64,000 nt of DNA from an uncultured Lentisphaeria bacterium (GTDB lineage Bacteria; Verrucomicrobiota; Lentisphaeria; Victivallales; UBA1829). The stretch spans positions 16,710-80,709 of the forward strand of contig CASDPB010000053.1 of NCBI GenBank assembly GCA_949282305.1, in the 5' to 3' direction. Positions within the stretch are counted from its first letter, which is position 1; each line of letters opens with the position of its first letter. A model generated the notes under the pieces. That model was not told where the DNA came from. It ran no database searches and saw nothing but the letters and a program-made list of their open reading frames with translations. Below, one piece after another: positions 46,795 to 56,710 of this stretch. Position numbers and translations under genes: made by a program.

Positions 46795-48390
46795 TTATTT
46801 AGGCGAATTTGCAGCAGGAACATCAGAATCTCCGTAACGGTGTTCCATGCTCCGGAATTCCATGAGCGCCGGAAAGAATTTCAGTTTCACGACGCCGGTC
46901 TTGCCGTTACGGTTTTTTTCCACGATCAGTTCCGCATCCACACCGACTTTGTTCGCTTCCGGGTTTGACTCCTTCGCATCATCACGGTTTCGGTGCAGGA
47001 ATACGACAACGTCCGCATCCTGTTCAATTGCTCCCGATTCCCGCAGATGGCTCAGTTTGGGGCGCGCATTCGCAGGCCCCGCGCCTTTTTCCACCTCGCG
47101 GTTCAGCTGGGCGAGAACCAGCACAGGCAGCTGCAGATCCTTTGCCAGTTTCTTCAGCCCTCCGGAAATTGCCGCGACTTCCACCTGACGGCTGTCCTTG
47201 CCCGCCGCATCGCCGGATTTCATCAACTGAAGATAGTCGATCACAATCAGGTCAAGTTTGTGCTGGTCGTGAAGTTTTCTCGCCTTGGCGCGAAGTTCAA
47301 ACACGGAGATGCCGGCAGTCGGGTCGATGAACAGGCGCGCATTCTTCAGAGAAGTTGCCGCGGCGCTCAGCCGGGACGAATCGCCGGGTTTCAGATTGCG
47401 GTCCATGATTGAGGAAATCGAGACGTGCGACTCGGTGCAGAGAAGTCGCTGCGCAACCTGTTCCGCGCTCATTTCCAAACTGAAAAAAGCCACGGTCTTG
47501 CGTCTGCCACCAATATCTTTCATCATGATGTTGCGCACGATATTGAGGGCGATGGCTGTTTTGCCGATGGAGGGACGGGCTGCAAGAACGAACATTTCTC
47601 CCGGTTTCAGACCTCCGCCGATCAAAGCGTCCAGATCCGGGAATTCCGTTGGAATGCCCGGTTCGATTTCGCGGTTGTAAACCCGCATGAAGTATTCAAA
47701 AGTCTCCTGCATCAGCCCGCGGAGGTCACGGACTTCCGGCTGGACGAAGCGGTTGCGGACTTTAAAAATTTCAGATTCAATCGTGTCAAGAAGACTCTTG
47801 ACGTCTTCCGTGGTGTTGCGGCACAGGTCAACCGCCGCTGAACAGGTGCGGATCATTTCCCGGAGCATCGCATAGTCGCGCAGTGTGTGACACCACGATT
47901 CCACATTGGCTGTGCTGACAATGGAGCTTTGAATTTCAAGCAGGTATTCCTGCCCGCCGATCACTTCCAGTCTGGAGCTGCGTTCCAGGTAGTCGGAGAC
48001 GGAAAGGACGTCAATGCCCACTCCTTTTTCACTGAGGTCAAGAATTGCCTCGTAGACGGCGGCGTGTTTCGGGTCATAGAAGATCATGGCCGCCTGACTG
48101 TGGAAAGCGCTTTTTTTCAGGCTGTCCACGTCTTTTGACTTTTTCCTTTGCACTGCTGCCGTTTCGTCTGCGGAAATGCCTCCGAGGATTGTGAGAACGG
48201 TGGAGATGCAGGCAGGTTCAATGAGCAGAGCGGCGATCACGGCGCGCTCTGTGTTCAGATCCGCAAATGCGGAAGATGCAGAGGAAGGGCTGTTGCGACT
48301 GCCCCGCCTCTGCATTCCCGTTTCGGGGCCCCGCGCTTCCGGAGATTCTCCGGCGGCGGGTCCCTGGCTGTAATCTTCCTCGGCCATCAT
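46795..48390 (-). CDS. dnaB: Replicative DNA helicase DnaB
   Basis: Walker A AARPSIGKTAIALNI, a RecA-like core and the DnaB N-domain. The first ATG at 48390 overlaps the rplI stop by 1 nt (TGATG); the ORF track uses TTG 48393. An N-terminal extension of about 60 aa is low-complexity. Confidence 0.95.
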   Translation of the reverse strand: MMAEEDYSQGPAAGESPEARGPETGMQRRGSRNSPSSASSAFADLNTERAVIAALLIEPACISTVLTILGGISADETAAVQRKKSKDVDSLKKSAFHSQAAMIFYDPKHAAVYEAILDLSEKGVGIDVLSVSDYLERSSRLEVIGGQEYLLEIQSSIVSTANVESWCHTLRDYAMLREMIRTCSAAVDLCRNTTEDVKSLLDTIESEIFKVRNRFVQPEVRDLRGLMQETFEYFMRVYNREIEPGIPTEFPDLDALIGGGLKPGEMFVLAARPSIGKTAIALNIVRNIMMKDIGGRRKTVAFFSLEMSAEQVAQRLLCTESHVSISSIMDRNLKPGDSSRLSAAATSLKNARLFIDPTAGISVFELRAKARKLHDQHKLDLIVIDYLQLMKSGDAAGKDSRQVEVAAISGGLKKLAKDLQLPVLVLAQLNREVEKGAGPANARPKLSHLRESGAIEQDADVVVFLHRNRDDAKESNPEANKVGVDAELIVEKNRNGKTGVVKLKFFPALMEFRSMEHRYGDSDVPAANSPK

Positions 48391-48842
48391 CAAGCTCTGA
48401 CGATAACGATTTTACCGCTGGCGATGATTTCCTGGTGAAGTTTGATATTGATGGTGTATTCACCAAGAGAACGGATATGCTTGTCCATTCTGATGCGCTG
48501 ATGTTCGATCTTCACGCCGTTGGCGGCATAGGTTTCCGCCACCATTCTTTCCGTCACGGAACCGAAAAGATGATTGTCGTCGGATGCCTGCATCGGGATC
48601 TGGATGACCATTGCGGCGATCTTGTCCGCGAGAGCCTGAGCTGCCTCAAGATCCGCTTTGCGTTTCGCTTCGATTTTTTCTTTCTGTGCTTCAATCTGCT
48701 TGAGAGCGACGGCGGAGGCAGGTGCGGCAAGTCCTTTCGGGATCAGGTAATTTCTTCCGTATCCCGGAGCGACGTGCACGGACTCGCCGGCGAGGCCGAG
48801 ATCCTCAACATCCTGCAGAAGTATCAAATTCATAGATGCCAT
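48390..48842 (-). CDS. rplI: 50S ribosomal protein L9
   Basis: 150 aa. MNLILLQDVEDLGLAGESVHVAPGYGRNYLIPKGLA is the canonical L9 N-domain. The start may be ATG 48833. Confidence 0.9.
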   Translation of the reverse strand: MASMNLILLQDVEDLGLAGESVHVAPGYGRNYLIPKGLAAPASAVALKQIEAQKEKIEAKRKADLEAAQALADKIAAMVIQIPMQASDDNHLFGSVTERMVAETYAANGVKIEHQRIRMDKHIRSLGEYTINIKLHQEIIASGKIVIVRA

Positions 48843-48870
48843 TGTGATATGCCTTTCTTAAAAAGTTTCT

Positions 48871-49107
48871 TCAGAGAACAATGCTGATGATTCTGGCGCG
48901 CTTGACGGCGACGCTGAGCATCTTCTGGTGTCTCAGGCAGGTGCCTGTGATGCGGCGCGGAAGAATACGGCCTTTTTCCGTCTGGAATTTCTTCAGCAGA
49001 TCAGCATCCTTGAAATCAATGAAGTTGATCTTGTTTTCGCAAAGTCTGCAAATTTTCGGTTTTGCCATGCGTCTCTTCATGCGACGCTTTTTATTAACCA
49101 TTGCCAT
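48871..49107 (-). CDS. rpsR: 30S ribosomal protein S18
   Basis: 78 aa. [46 protein letters not shown]. Confidence 0.9.
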   Translation of the reverse strand: MAMVNKKRRMKRRMAKPKICRLCENKINFIDFKDADLLKKFQTEKGRILPRRITGTCLRHQKMLSVAVKRARIISIVL

Positions 49108-49152
49108 GGCTGGAATCTCCTTAAAAATTTATTTTGTTTTCTTGGATTCGGT

Positions 49153-49773
49153 TCAGAAAGGAATATCGTCGTCAACGCCTTCCACTGTTTCAAACGGCGG
49201 CGGTTCGTCGATCGGCATCTGCGGCACATCTTCCGCCGCGGGAGCCTGCGGACCCGCCTGGCGATACTGCTGCTGGGGGCGCGCCTGCTGTCCACGCTGG
49301 GCATATCCGCCCTGCGGGACATTGCCGTAACCGCCCTGCGGGACATTGCCGTAACCGCCGCCCTGGGGACCGCGGTTGTACTGGGAATAACCGCCGGGCT
49401 GTCCTCCGTCCGGAGGCATTTCCCCGCCGGCACGGTCATCCCTGCGGTCGAGGAACTGCACGCGGTCCGCATTTACCCGGAGCCTGGAACGTTTCTTCTG
49501 TGTTTCCCTGTCGTCCCACTGATCGTAGACGAGACGTCCTTCGATGAATACAGCTGACCCTTTCTGCAGAAAGCGGGAGGCTGTCTCCGCCTGTTTGCCC
49601 CAGACAACGATGTCGACGAAACATGTTTCGTCTCTTTCCTGTCCGTTTGCCTGCATGAAGCGTCTGTTGATCGCCATGCCGAATTCGCATACGGCACTGC
49701 CGGACGGCGTATACCTGATCTCCGGGTTCCTGGTAAGGTTTCCCATAAGCAATACTTTATTCAGCGATGGCAT
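49153..49773 (-). CDS. ssb: Single-stranded DNA-binding protein
   Basis: 206 aa. OB fold LNKVLLMGNLTRNPEIRYTPSGSAVCEFGMAINRRF, a Gly/Gln/Pro-rich linker and the canonical acidic tip DDDIPF. Confidence 0.95.
   Translation of the reverse strand: MPSLNKVLLMGNLTRNPEIRYTPSGSAVCEFGMAINRRFMQANGQERDETCFVDIVVWGKQAETASRFLQKGSAVFIEGRLVYDQWDDRETQKKRSRLRVNADRVQFLDRRDDRAGGEMPPDGGQPGGYSQYNRGPQGGGYGNVPQGGYGNVPQGGYAQRGQQARPQQQYRQAGPQAPAAEDVPQMPIDEPPPFETVEGVDDDIPF
49307..49354. repeat. Perfect 24-bp tandem duplication inside the ssb linker
   Basis: CCGCCCTGCGGGACATTGCCGTAA occurs twice (49307-49330 and 49331-49354). It encodes GYGNVPQG twice on the minus strand. Confidence 0.9.
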
Positions 49774-49805
49774 ATTGAAGGACTCTCCTTTCTTTGAAGT
49801 CTCTG

Positions 49806-50147
49806 TTATTCACCGATCTCGGTTGTCGTCGCCAGTGTGGAACGAACCTGTTCCGGACGCTCGAAATTGATGATGAGCAGTCGGATGACTCTTTCATCCA
49901 GACGGAACTTCTCTCTGATGTCTTTGCATTTCGCGGGATCAAGCTCGAAAATGTAATTCCAGTAGATACCGGCTTTCCGCTTCCTGATTTCGCGTGCGAA
50001 CTGTTTGCGGCCCATTGCGTTGGACTCAACAACACTGCCACCCCAACTCTGAATCATCTGTGCGAATTCTTCAGAGAAGGCCTTTCCCTCATCCTCCACT
50101 TTTCTCATGTCGAGAATGAATACTGCCTCATACTTTTTCAAGACCAC
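49806..50147 (-). CDS. rpsF: 30S ribosomal protein S6
   Basis: 113 aa. KKYEAVFILDMRKVEDEG...GRKQFAREIRKRKAGIYWNYIFE. First gene of the rpsF-ssb-rpsR-rplI-dnaB block. Confidence 0.9.
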   Translation of the reverse strand: MVLKKYEAVFILDMRKVEDEGKAFSEEFAQMIQSWGGSVVESNAMGRKQFAREIRKRKAGIYWNYIFELDPAKCKDIREKFRLDERVIRLLIINFERPEQVRSTLATTTEIGE

Positions 50148-50172
50148 ACCTCCTGGTGTTTTTTTATATTGT

Positions 50173-50832
50173 TCAAATGTCTTTTGTTTCTGTTTCCGCT
50201 TCGGACTTTTCTTCGGAATAGTCCTGCGAATTGTAAGTGTTCATCGCCGCCGTGCATCCGCGCCTCAGCATGAGAATCAGCGCATCTGCCGCCGCTTCAA
50301 TGACTCTGTCACAAACAGGTTTTTCCTCTTCCTGGAACTCCGACAGAACGAAATCCGCTCCGCCGTGTCCGCCTTCACCGTGCCCGATCCCGATTCTGAT
50401 TCGGGGGAACGCTTCCGTTCCAAGCCTTCCGATGATTGACTTCATCCCGTTGTGACCGCCGCTGCTGCCGTTTTTCCGGATTCTGATCCGCCCGAGTTCC
50501 AGATCCATGTCGTCATAGACGACTGTGATTTCTCCCGGCTCGATTCCTTCCCGTTTCATCAGTGCGGAGACAGCATCGCCGCTCAGATTCATATAGGTTT
50601 CCGGTTTCTGCAGCAGAAGCGTTCTGCCCGCATACATGCCGCGCCAGTATCTGGAGGAACAGCCGTGCACCGCTTCAAAATTCTTCGGAAGTTTTGTCAG
50701 CAGCCTGTCCACAACCATGAATCCCATATTGTGTCTTGTGCCGGAATATTCTTCGCCGGGATTTCCAAGCCCCGCAATCAGCAGGCATCTTGTAAAATCA
50801 TTTCCGGTATTTGCCATATTCTCGGTCTCCAC
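50173..50832 (-). CDS. pth: Peptidyl-tRNA hydrolase
   Basis: 219 aa. LIAGLGNPGEEYSGTRHNMGFMVVD. It has a short acidic C-terminal extension. Confidence 0.9.
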   Translation of the reverse strand: METENMANTGNDFTRCLLIAGLGNPGEEYSGTRHNMGFMVVDRLLTKLPKNFEAVHGCSSRYWRGMYAGRTLLLQKPETYMNLSGDAVSALMKREGIEPGEITVVYDDMDLELGRIRIRKNGSSGGHNGMKSIIGRLGTEAFPRIRIGIGHGEGGHGGADFVLSEFQEEEKPVCDRVIEAAADALILMLRRGCTAAMNTYNSQDYSEEKSEAETETKDI

Positions 50833-50859
50833 TTGAGGGATGCGTTGCGCGGCACCGCG

Positions 50860-51546
50860 TTATTTCTTCTTTTTGCCGTCGCCTTCCGCTGCAGCCGCGG
50901 CCGCTTTCTCAGCTCTTTCCTTCTCGCCGATGACTTCCGGCTCCGCGCCTTCCGCAGGAGTCGCGGCAGGTTCGGGAACATCTTCCACGATCTTGGACGG
51001 ATCAACAACGTGGAAAACAACAATGTCTCCTTCGGAAACGGCTTTGACGCCTTCCGGAAGAGAGAGTTCTTCCACACGCATTTCCTGGTCAAGTTCAAGT
51101 TTGCTGACGTCGATTTCAACGGATTCCGGCAGAGCATCCGGGAGACACTCGACCTCAATCTCATGGACGAACTGTTCCAGAAGCCCGCCCTGGGAGATTC
51201 CGACCGGCGGGATGTGTCCCGCATGGATCGCGACAGTCGCTTTGATGACCTGATCGCGTCTGACTTCGAGGAAGTCGACGTGGGAGGTCTTGCCGCGCAT
51301 GAAATCGTTCTGAACATCTTTGATCAGCGCGAGAATTTCATTTTCGCCTTCCTTGAGAGCGATCAGGTTGAGCTCGAATTTCTGGAGAGCCTCCCATTCC
51401 GCAGCTCCGAAGTAAATTGTTTTGGCGGCGGCGCCGCTGCTGTAAACCACGGCGGGGATGTGACCTGCTTTACGCAGTCTCTTCACCGCGCCTTTGCCGA
51501 GTTCGGAACGTGTCACCACGTTCAACACATGTTTCTGTTTTGCCAT
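50860..51546 (-). CDS. rplY: 50S ribosomal protein L25 / general stress protein Ctc (long form)
   Basis: 228 aa. LNVVTRSELGKGAVKRLRKAGHIPAVVYSSG, with an Ala/Glu/Lys-rich tail. Confidence 0.85.
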   Translation of the reverse strand: MAKQKHVLNVVTRSELGKGAVKRLRKAGHIPAVVYSSGAAAKTIYFGAAEWEALQKFELNLIALKEGENEILALIKDVQNDFMRGKTSHVDFLEVRRDQVIKATVAIHAGHIPPVGISQGGLLEQFVHEIEVECLPDALPESVEIDVSKLELDQEMRVEELSLPEGVKAVSEGDIVVFHVVDPSKIVEDVPEPAATPAEGAEPEVIGEKERAEKAAAAAAEGDGKKKK

Positions 51547-51606
51547 TTCTTACTTTCCTTACGTTATTATAAAACTGAGTTCTTCTTGTCTTCGTTCATA
51601 ACTGCA

Positions 51607-52584
51607 TCACAGGAAGAGCATCGCTTCCGGATTGACACGGAAAAGACTTGATACGGATTCTCCGTCGTGGATCCGCTTGATCGCGCGTGCCAGAAGCGGA
51701 GCAATGCAAAGCGTGCGGACCCGTCCGCCTTCCAGGTCGGTATGCGGAACGGAGTTGGTTGTCACCAGTTCTTCGATTGCACTGTTTTTCAACTTTTCCT
51801 GCGCCGCTTCGGTCAGGAGACAGTGGGAAACTACCGCATAGACTTTCTTTGCTCCCTCTTTTTTCAGAAGCTCGGCGGCGGCGCAGAGCGTTCCCGCCGT
51901 GGATGTCAGGTCGTCGCAGATTACGCAGTCGCGTCCTTTGACGTCACCGACGAGATGAGAGGATTCCACCGTGGTTGCGCTGACGCGGCGTTTTGCCACA
52001 ACGGCGAACCCGCAGTTGAGTCTGTCCGCGAAAGAGTGCGCCAGCTTTACGCTGCCGGAGTCCGGAGCGACGATTACGGCTTCGCCATTGATTTTGAGGT
52101 GATCGCGCAAATACGGAATCATGATCGGGGAAGCGTAAAGATGATCTACGGGAATATCGAAGAAACCCTGGATCTGCTGTGCGTGAAGATCCATCGTGAG
52201 GATGCGGTTTGCACCGGCGACGGTGAGCAGGTTTGCGACCAGCTTTGCTGTAATCGGAACGCGCGGACGGTCTTTTCTGTCCTGGCGTGCATATCCGAAA
52301 AACGGGATCACGGCGGTGATTCTTGCCGCGGATGCGCGTCTTGCCGCATCAAGCATAATCAGGAGTTCCATGATGTTTTCGTTGGTCGGATTGCAGGTCG
52401 GCTGAATGAGAAAGACATCCGCTGTTCTGAGATTGTCTATGTACTGGACGAAGATTTCCCCGTCGGGAAAACGCTCGACGTTCACATGTCCAAGTTCCAT
52501 TTCCAAATGTCTGGCAATTGACGCAGCCAGCGTCGGGTTGGCCGTTCCGCTGAAAAGCTTGATGTCTCTTGCATAACCGTCCAT
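51607..52584 (-). CDS. prs: Ribose-phosphate pyrophosphokinase
   Basis: 325 aa. Contains IKLFSGTANPTLAASIARHLEMELGHVNVERFPDGE, YARQDRK and the PRPP-binding loop VICDDLTSTAGT. Confidence 0.95.
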   Translation of the reverse strand: MDGYARDIKLFSGTANPTLAASIARHLEMELGHVNVERFPDGEIFVQYIDNLRTADVFLIQPTCNPTNENIMELLIMLDAARRASAARITAVIPFFGYARQDRKDRPRVPITAKLVANLLTVAGANRILTMDLHAQQIQGFFDIPVDHLYASPIMIPYLRDHLKINGEAVIVAPDSGSVKLAHSFADRLNCGFAVVAKRRVSATTVESSHLVGDVKGRDCVICDDLTSTAGTLCAAAELLKKEGAKKVYAVVSHCLLTEAAQEKLKNSAIEELVTTNSVPHTDLEGGRVRTLCIAPLLARAIKRIHDGESVSSLFRVNPEAMLFL

Positions 52585-52992
52585 ATCGCAGATAACCCCC
52601 TTCCAAGGTGTGTTGAAAATTAAACCGAAAACGGAAGTTTAATCGGAAGAGGATACGCGGAAAGACTTGACGACACAACAGGGATGACACATCATTTCCG
52701 GACAGGAAATGCCGTTCATACCCCTTTGCAGAAACCTTTCGGGCGTGTCAAGCCGCTTTTTCAGCGGCATCCGGCGAGCCGGATGACTTGGAATCCATCT
52801 TCGGATTAAGGCTTCCCATATCGGGATTCGATTAATTTAACACATTACGGAAAAAAATCAATGACTTTTTTGACTTTTTATCCGAAAAATCAGGGTCTGC
52901 TCCGACGCGGCTGCTTCCGGGGAAGGGGGGCAGGGGCGAATGAGTTTGCAAAACATGCGGGCATCGCGGAGCCGGACCCGTTTCCTTCAATG

Positions 52993-53030
52993 AAAAATGT
53001 CCGGAGGAAGTCTCCGGACATTCGTTTTTC
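52993..53030. terminator. Bidirectional rho-independent terminator (serves the 53065..54573 gene on the minus strand)
   Basis: An 11-bp stem AATGTCCGGAG / CTCCGGACATT (52996-53006 / 53012-53022) is flanked by an A-run on one side and TTCGTTTTTC on the other. Confidence 0.65.
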
Positions 53031-53064
53031 CGCCTTTTATTTCGTGAAGACGGTGCATTGTCTT

Positions 53065-54573
53065 TCAGACGCTGACATGTTCCCCGTCCTTGCCGCATAC
53101 CTGCTTCAGCAGTTGGGCGACGCCGGATTCAAACAGCCGCTGCCACTCCGGACCCAGGAGGCATTCCGTTACCTCATAGCCGCCTCCGTCATATAATTCC
53201 GCAGGCGGGCCGTAATGGAGATACCCGTTGGTATACCCGACAGTCAGTGTCGGTGAAAACGGACTCATTTTCTTAATGTCCTGCCCGATCTGTGTGAGCA
53301 GCTCCGCCGCGGAGGTCACAATGGCGGCGTTGTTGATTCTGATGACCTGGATTTCCGTGGCGATCGTCGTTTCTCCGCTGGCGGCATTGAGTCGCTGATG
53401 TTTCTCCAAAGTCGCCAGGTCGTCCTGAATCTGCGCCAACTCCTCCATCGCGGCAATGTTGCTCAGATATTTTTCGATATTCATGCGGTTGAGGTGATCC
53501 ATATCCCGCCATCCGGTGTATCCGTCCGCATCAGCCTGCAGATATTGAAAGGCGTCTGTCAGCGGATAGTCCGGCTCCAGCCGGTAATGCAGCAGCAGAA
53601 GAAGAAAATTCTTGAAGTTCAGCGGACAGTAATGCAGTTGTTCCAGCAATTCCTGCTGCCGCCGTCGCAGTGCGGCAGTTTTCTCGTCGACGTCGGTGCG
53701 GCGCGGAAGCCGCAACGTTGCAACTGCGCAGCGGACGGCTGCCTCCGGGGTTGTTTGTATTGCCGAAGCTGCCGGGACAATCTGCAATGCGATCAGTTTT
53801 GCCGGTGTTTTGACGTCGCGCGGATGCAGGAAGTCCTTGAACCCGCGGTCGATGACATCCCCGGCGCATCCCTGCAGAAAGAACGCCGTGGCTCCGTTTC
53901 CAAGCAGCTGTTCCAGTGTTGCGGAGATTTCACCCGGGAAGTTCGCCGTGAGACTGCCGTAACAGTCCCCGAACAGCGGATGACAGCCGAAGTTGTATAC
54001 CAGTGCCAGAGGCGTGCCGTCTGCACGATCCACCCGGATCAGCCCGATTTCATTGTCGATCGGGCGCACAGCCTCAACCCGGCAATCCGCCGGAGTCGGA
54101 TTCGTGTGGCGGATGGCGCAGTCCTTTCCAGTTTTCAGCTTCAGATTGCGGTTGATCGCCACGGGGGGGAGTTCCGCTTTGCCGAAACCGATGCGTGCGG
54201 GAACCAGACGGCTCAGGGCTTCACTGCATGCCGCTGTGATTCTCCGCAGCTGTTCCGCGTCATCGCAGAGCAGCTGCCCCGCCGGGTGCGTGTGGGAGGC
54301 GTTGACAACCACGCCTTCCGCGGGGATGTTCCATTGCCGCATCAGGTATTCGCGCAGAGCGGGAACCAGGCCTTCCCCGCCGTCCGGCAGAATGCCGTCG
54401 CTGATGGCGCGTCCGCCGACTGCCGTAACGTCTATGGTGACGAAGACAAGCGTCTGTCCGTCCGCCTGCAGGACCAATATTCTGGCATAGAGCGGATCCA
54501 GCACTTTTCCCGATGGGTGCGGATTTGTCAATTCGGTTCTGGCTGTTGCCGCCATCATTGTCTGTGAGTTCAT
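53065..54573 (-). CDS. Hypothetical hydrolase, neutral/alkaline ceramidase N-terminal-domain-like
   Basis: 502 aa with no signal peptide. LDPLYARILVLQADGQTLVFVTIDV and VVNASHTHPAG resemble the ceramidase_alk N-domain pattern (weak, from memory). The start abuts the upstream stop (TAAATG). Confidence 0.45.
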   Translation of the reverse strand: MNSQTMMAATARTELTNPHPSGKVLDPLYARILVLQADGQTLVFVTIDVTAVGGRAISDGILPDGGEGLVPALREYLMRQWNIPAEGVVVNASHTHPAGQLLCDDAEQLRRITAACSEALSRLVPARIGFGKAELPPVAINRNLKLKTGKDCAIRHTNPTPADCRVEAVRPIDNEIGLIRVDRADGTPLALVYNFGCHPLFGDCYGSLTANFPGEISATLEQLLGNGATAFFLQGCAGDVIDRGFKDFLHPRDVKTPAKLIALQIVPAASAIQTTPEAAVRCAVATLRLPRRTDVDEKTAALRRRQQELLEQLHYCPLNFKNFLLLLLHYRLEPDYPLTDAFQYLQADADGYTGWRDMDHLNRMNIEKYLSNIAAMEELAQIQDDLATLEKHQRLNAASGETTIATEIQVIRINNAAIVTSAAELLTQIGQDIKKMSPFSPTLTVGYTNGYLHYGPPAELYDGGGYEVTECLLGPEWQRLFESGVAQLLKQVCGKDGEHVSV

Positions 54574-56616
54574 TTATTCACCTTCTGTCTCATTTGTTGA
54601 ATAATGTATTTTTTCTCCGTTCGGTAACGTGTAATCAAGGGTAAATTGCAAACCGTTGATCTTGAGTGGTTCCAGACGATACTGCTTCCAGCCGGGGAGC
54701 GTTGGCATGAGTCCGCACAAATGCCGGACAATCGCATTGGCGGGAGAGGCTCCCCATGGGTGTGCCCAGCTCATGTTTGCCTTCTGGCTGCAGTTCCATG
54801 CTTCTGTGGTGATGGTGGCGCCCGCCTTCAGCATGTTGCGCCAGGAACACGGACCGTCGTCGAGCAAAAGGGCGAGTGCCTGTTCCGCACGCCCGTATTC
54901 AAACAGGACATCCAGCACATATTGGGCATTGTAGATGCCGCACGCCATGCCTTTGGAGACAATGAAATCTACAACGTTTTCACAGTCCTCCGGGGGAACC
55001 ACCCGGTTCCATAATGCCCATACATTGGTATGCAGGGACGAATGGCCGCTTCCCCGGTGATCGACGAACAGACGCCGCTCCGGGTTCCAGAATGCCGAGC
55101 GGATGACAGGGAGCATGGCATCCGCTGCCGGGGTGAAACAATCTTCTTCACCGATTTCCTTTGCCAGAAACGCCAGTTTGCGCAGGTTTCCATATAGAAG
55201 GAAATGCGGAATTGCCACATAATCGGCATCAATTTCACATCCGTCGCGCAGGTTTATCGGCCAGTCGACGATAATTTCGAGGGGGAAGCGTTTCACGAGT
55301 CCGTTTTCCAGCAGATGGAGATAGGACGCTTTCCGCACCAGCTCCTTCCAGTTCTCCCGGATTGTTTCCGCATCGGCGGTGTGCATGTAATATTCATAGT
55401 ATACCGGAATCATCATCTGCATCCACTCGCATGGCCAGGTCGGATGGGAGATCATATATTTCACGCTGCGTTTGGCTGCCGGAGCCGCGCTGTCAACGGC
55501 GAAATTGGCGAGCATGTTCACATAGGAGTCCGCTTCATAGCAGATCCGTTCCCGTGTAAAACAGTCCGTATAAAGATCCATTGCCGTCGCCTCCACCGTA
55601 TAACGGCATAGTTCCCAGATGCGGTTCAGCTCCGGATTGCTGGAAACAAAGCGGACCGCGTCCGATCGGAACGGTGCGTGAATCACCCGGCGCCGGAAAT
55701 TTTCCCGGCTCAGCTCCCCGGGGAAGCCATGCACTTCCGCATAGCGGAATTCCCGGACGCCGAAATGCGACAGTGTCTGCCCCGCGCGTGCGAAGTGCCA
55801 CAGTTCCTGATAACAGGTATCAGCTCTCAATTGGAATCTGACACATTTGTCGTTCATGAGTTCCTCGCCCAGACGCAGTTCGACGTAAGCCGCTTCCGGC
55901 GCGGTCATTTCAATCTGCGCGATGGCTTCCCTGCCGAAGTCAATGAGGAAGGAACCATTGCCGAGCGGAACGATGCGCTCCGGAGATTCCGGTTCGATCC
56001 GGTAGTTCCATTCCGCCTTTTCCGGGACGCCTTCCCACTGTTTCGGGGTGCACTCTTCCCAGGAGGAGTCGTCGAAACCGGCGTTCATCCAGCCTTCCGG
56101 TTCAAATTCCCCCTGGAGATGTTCAAATAATTCTCCGGGGCCGATGTCTCCCTTGAAGTAACTGCTGATTTCGGGACGTGTCCAGCAAACCGGGGACAGG
56201 AACTCATTGGCACTGCATTGGCGGAACGCGGAAGCCGAATCCGCAATGACCTGTCCGCCCGCCCGGATCTCGATGGCGATTCCCTGTTGTTCCATGCGCA
56301 TGAGACATGCGATGACGTGTTTCCCGGAGGCGAGGCTTCCTGCCGGAAAGATGTGTTCAACCCGGTTGCCGTTGCGAATGCCGCGGAACGGACCGACTCC
56401 CAGCCTTTTCCCGTCCAGAAACAGGTGATACTTGATGAAGCTGCCTCCCATCAGCCAGTTGCCGTCGTTGCCGTCGCTTCGGAGCTTCTGGCAGTAGGCG
56501 CAGACATAGGAATGGGCGTCCGCTGTCACCGCAATGGTAACGGGGCCCGTCCCCGTGTCCGTCTCAAATTCTCTGCGGCAGAACTTCTGTCCCGGACCGC
56601 CGATAAAATAACGCAT
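54574..56616 (-). CDS. Alpha-L-rhamnosidase-like (GH78-type six-hairpin) glycoside hydrolase
   Basis: 680 aa. The C-terminal region TTEAWNCSQKANMSWAHPWGASPANAIVRHLCGLMPTLPGWKQYRLEP resembles the conserved end of bacterial GH78 catalytic domains. The assignment is by eye. Confidence 0.55.
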   Translation of the reverse strand: MRYFIGGPGQKFCRREFETDTGTGPVTIAVTADAHSYVCAYCQKLRSDGNDGNWLMGGSFIKYHLFLDGKRLGVGPFRGIRNGNRVEHIFPAGSLASGKHVIACLMRMEQQGIAIEIRAGGQVIADSASAFRQCSANEFLSPVCWTRPEISSYFKGDIGPGELFEHLQGEFEPEGWMNAGFDDSSWEECTPKQWEGVPEKAEWNYRIEPESPERIVPLGNGSFLIDFGREAIAQIEMTAPEAAYVELRLGEELMNDKCVRFQLRADTCYQELWHFARAGQTLSHFGVREFRYAEVHGFPGELSRENFRRRVIHAPFRSDAVRFVSSNPELNRIWELCRYTVEATAMDLYTDCFTRERICYEADSYVNMLANFAVDSAAPAAKRSVKYMISHPTWPCEWMQMMIPVYYEYYMHTADAETIRENWKELVRKASYLHLLENGLVKRFPLEIIVDWPINLRDGCEIDADYVAIPHFLLYGNLRKLAFLAKEIGEEDCFTPAADAMLPVIRSAFWNPERRLFVDHRGSGHSSLHTNVWALWNRVVPPEDCENVVDFIVSKGMACGIYNAQYVLDVLFEYGRAEQALALLLDDGPCSWRNMLKAGATITTEAWNCSQKANMSWAHPWGASPANAIVRHLCGLMPTLPGWKQYRLEPLKINGLQFTLDYTLPNGEKIHYSTNETEGE

Positions 56617-56710
56617 GTTCCAACCTCTTGTGCTTTTGAATCAGATTTTATCTTTCATTGTTCTGTTTTTATTCAGCCCCGGCAATCCCGCCGGAGCTGA
56701 TGAACGGTTC

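Noticed and set aside
49290-49380. Repeat region checked as a possible CRISPR or minisatellite
   Set aside because: It contains only two perfect 24-bp units with no spacers, inside the ssb reading frame. It is a coding tandem duplication, not a CRISPR array. No CRISPR-like array was seen anywhere in the window.
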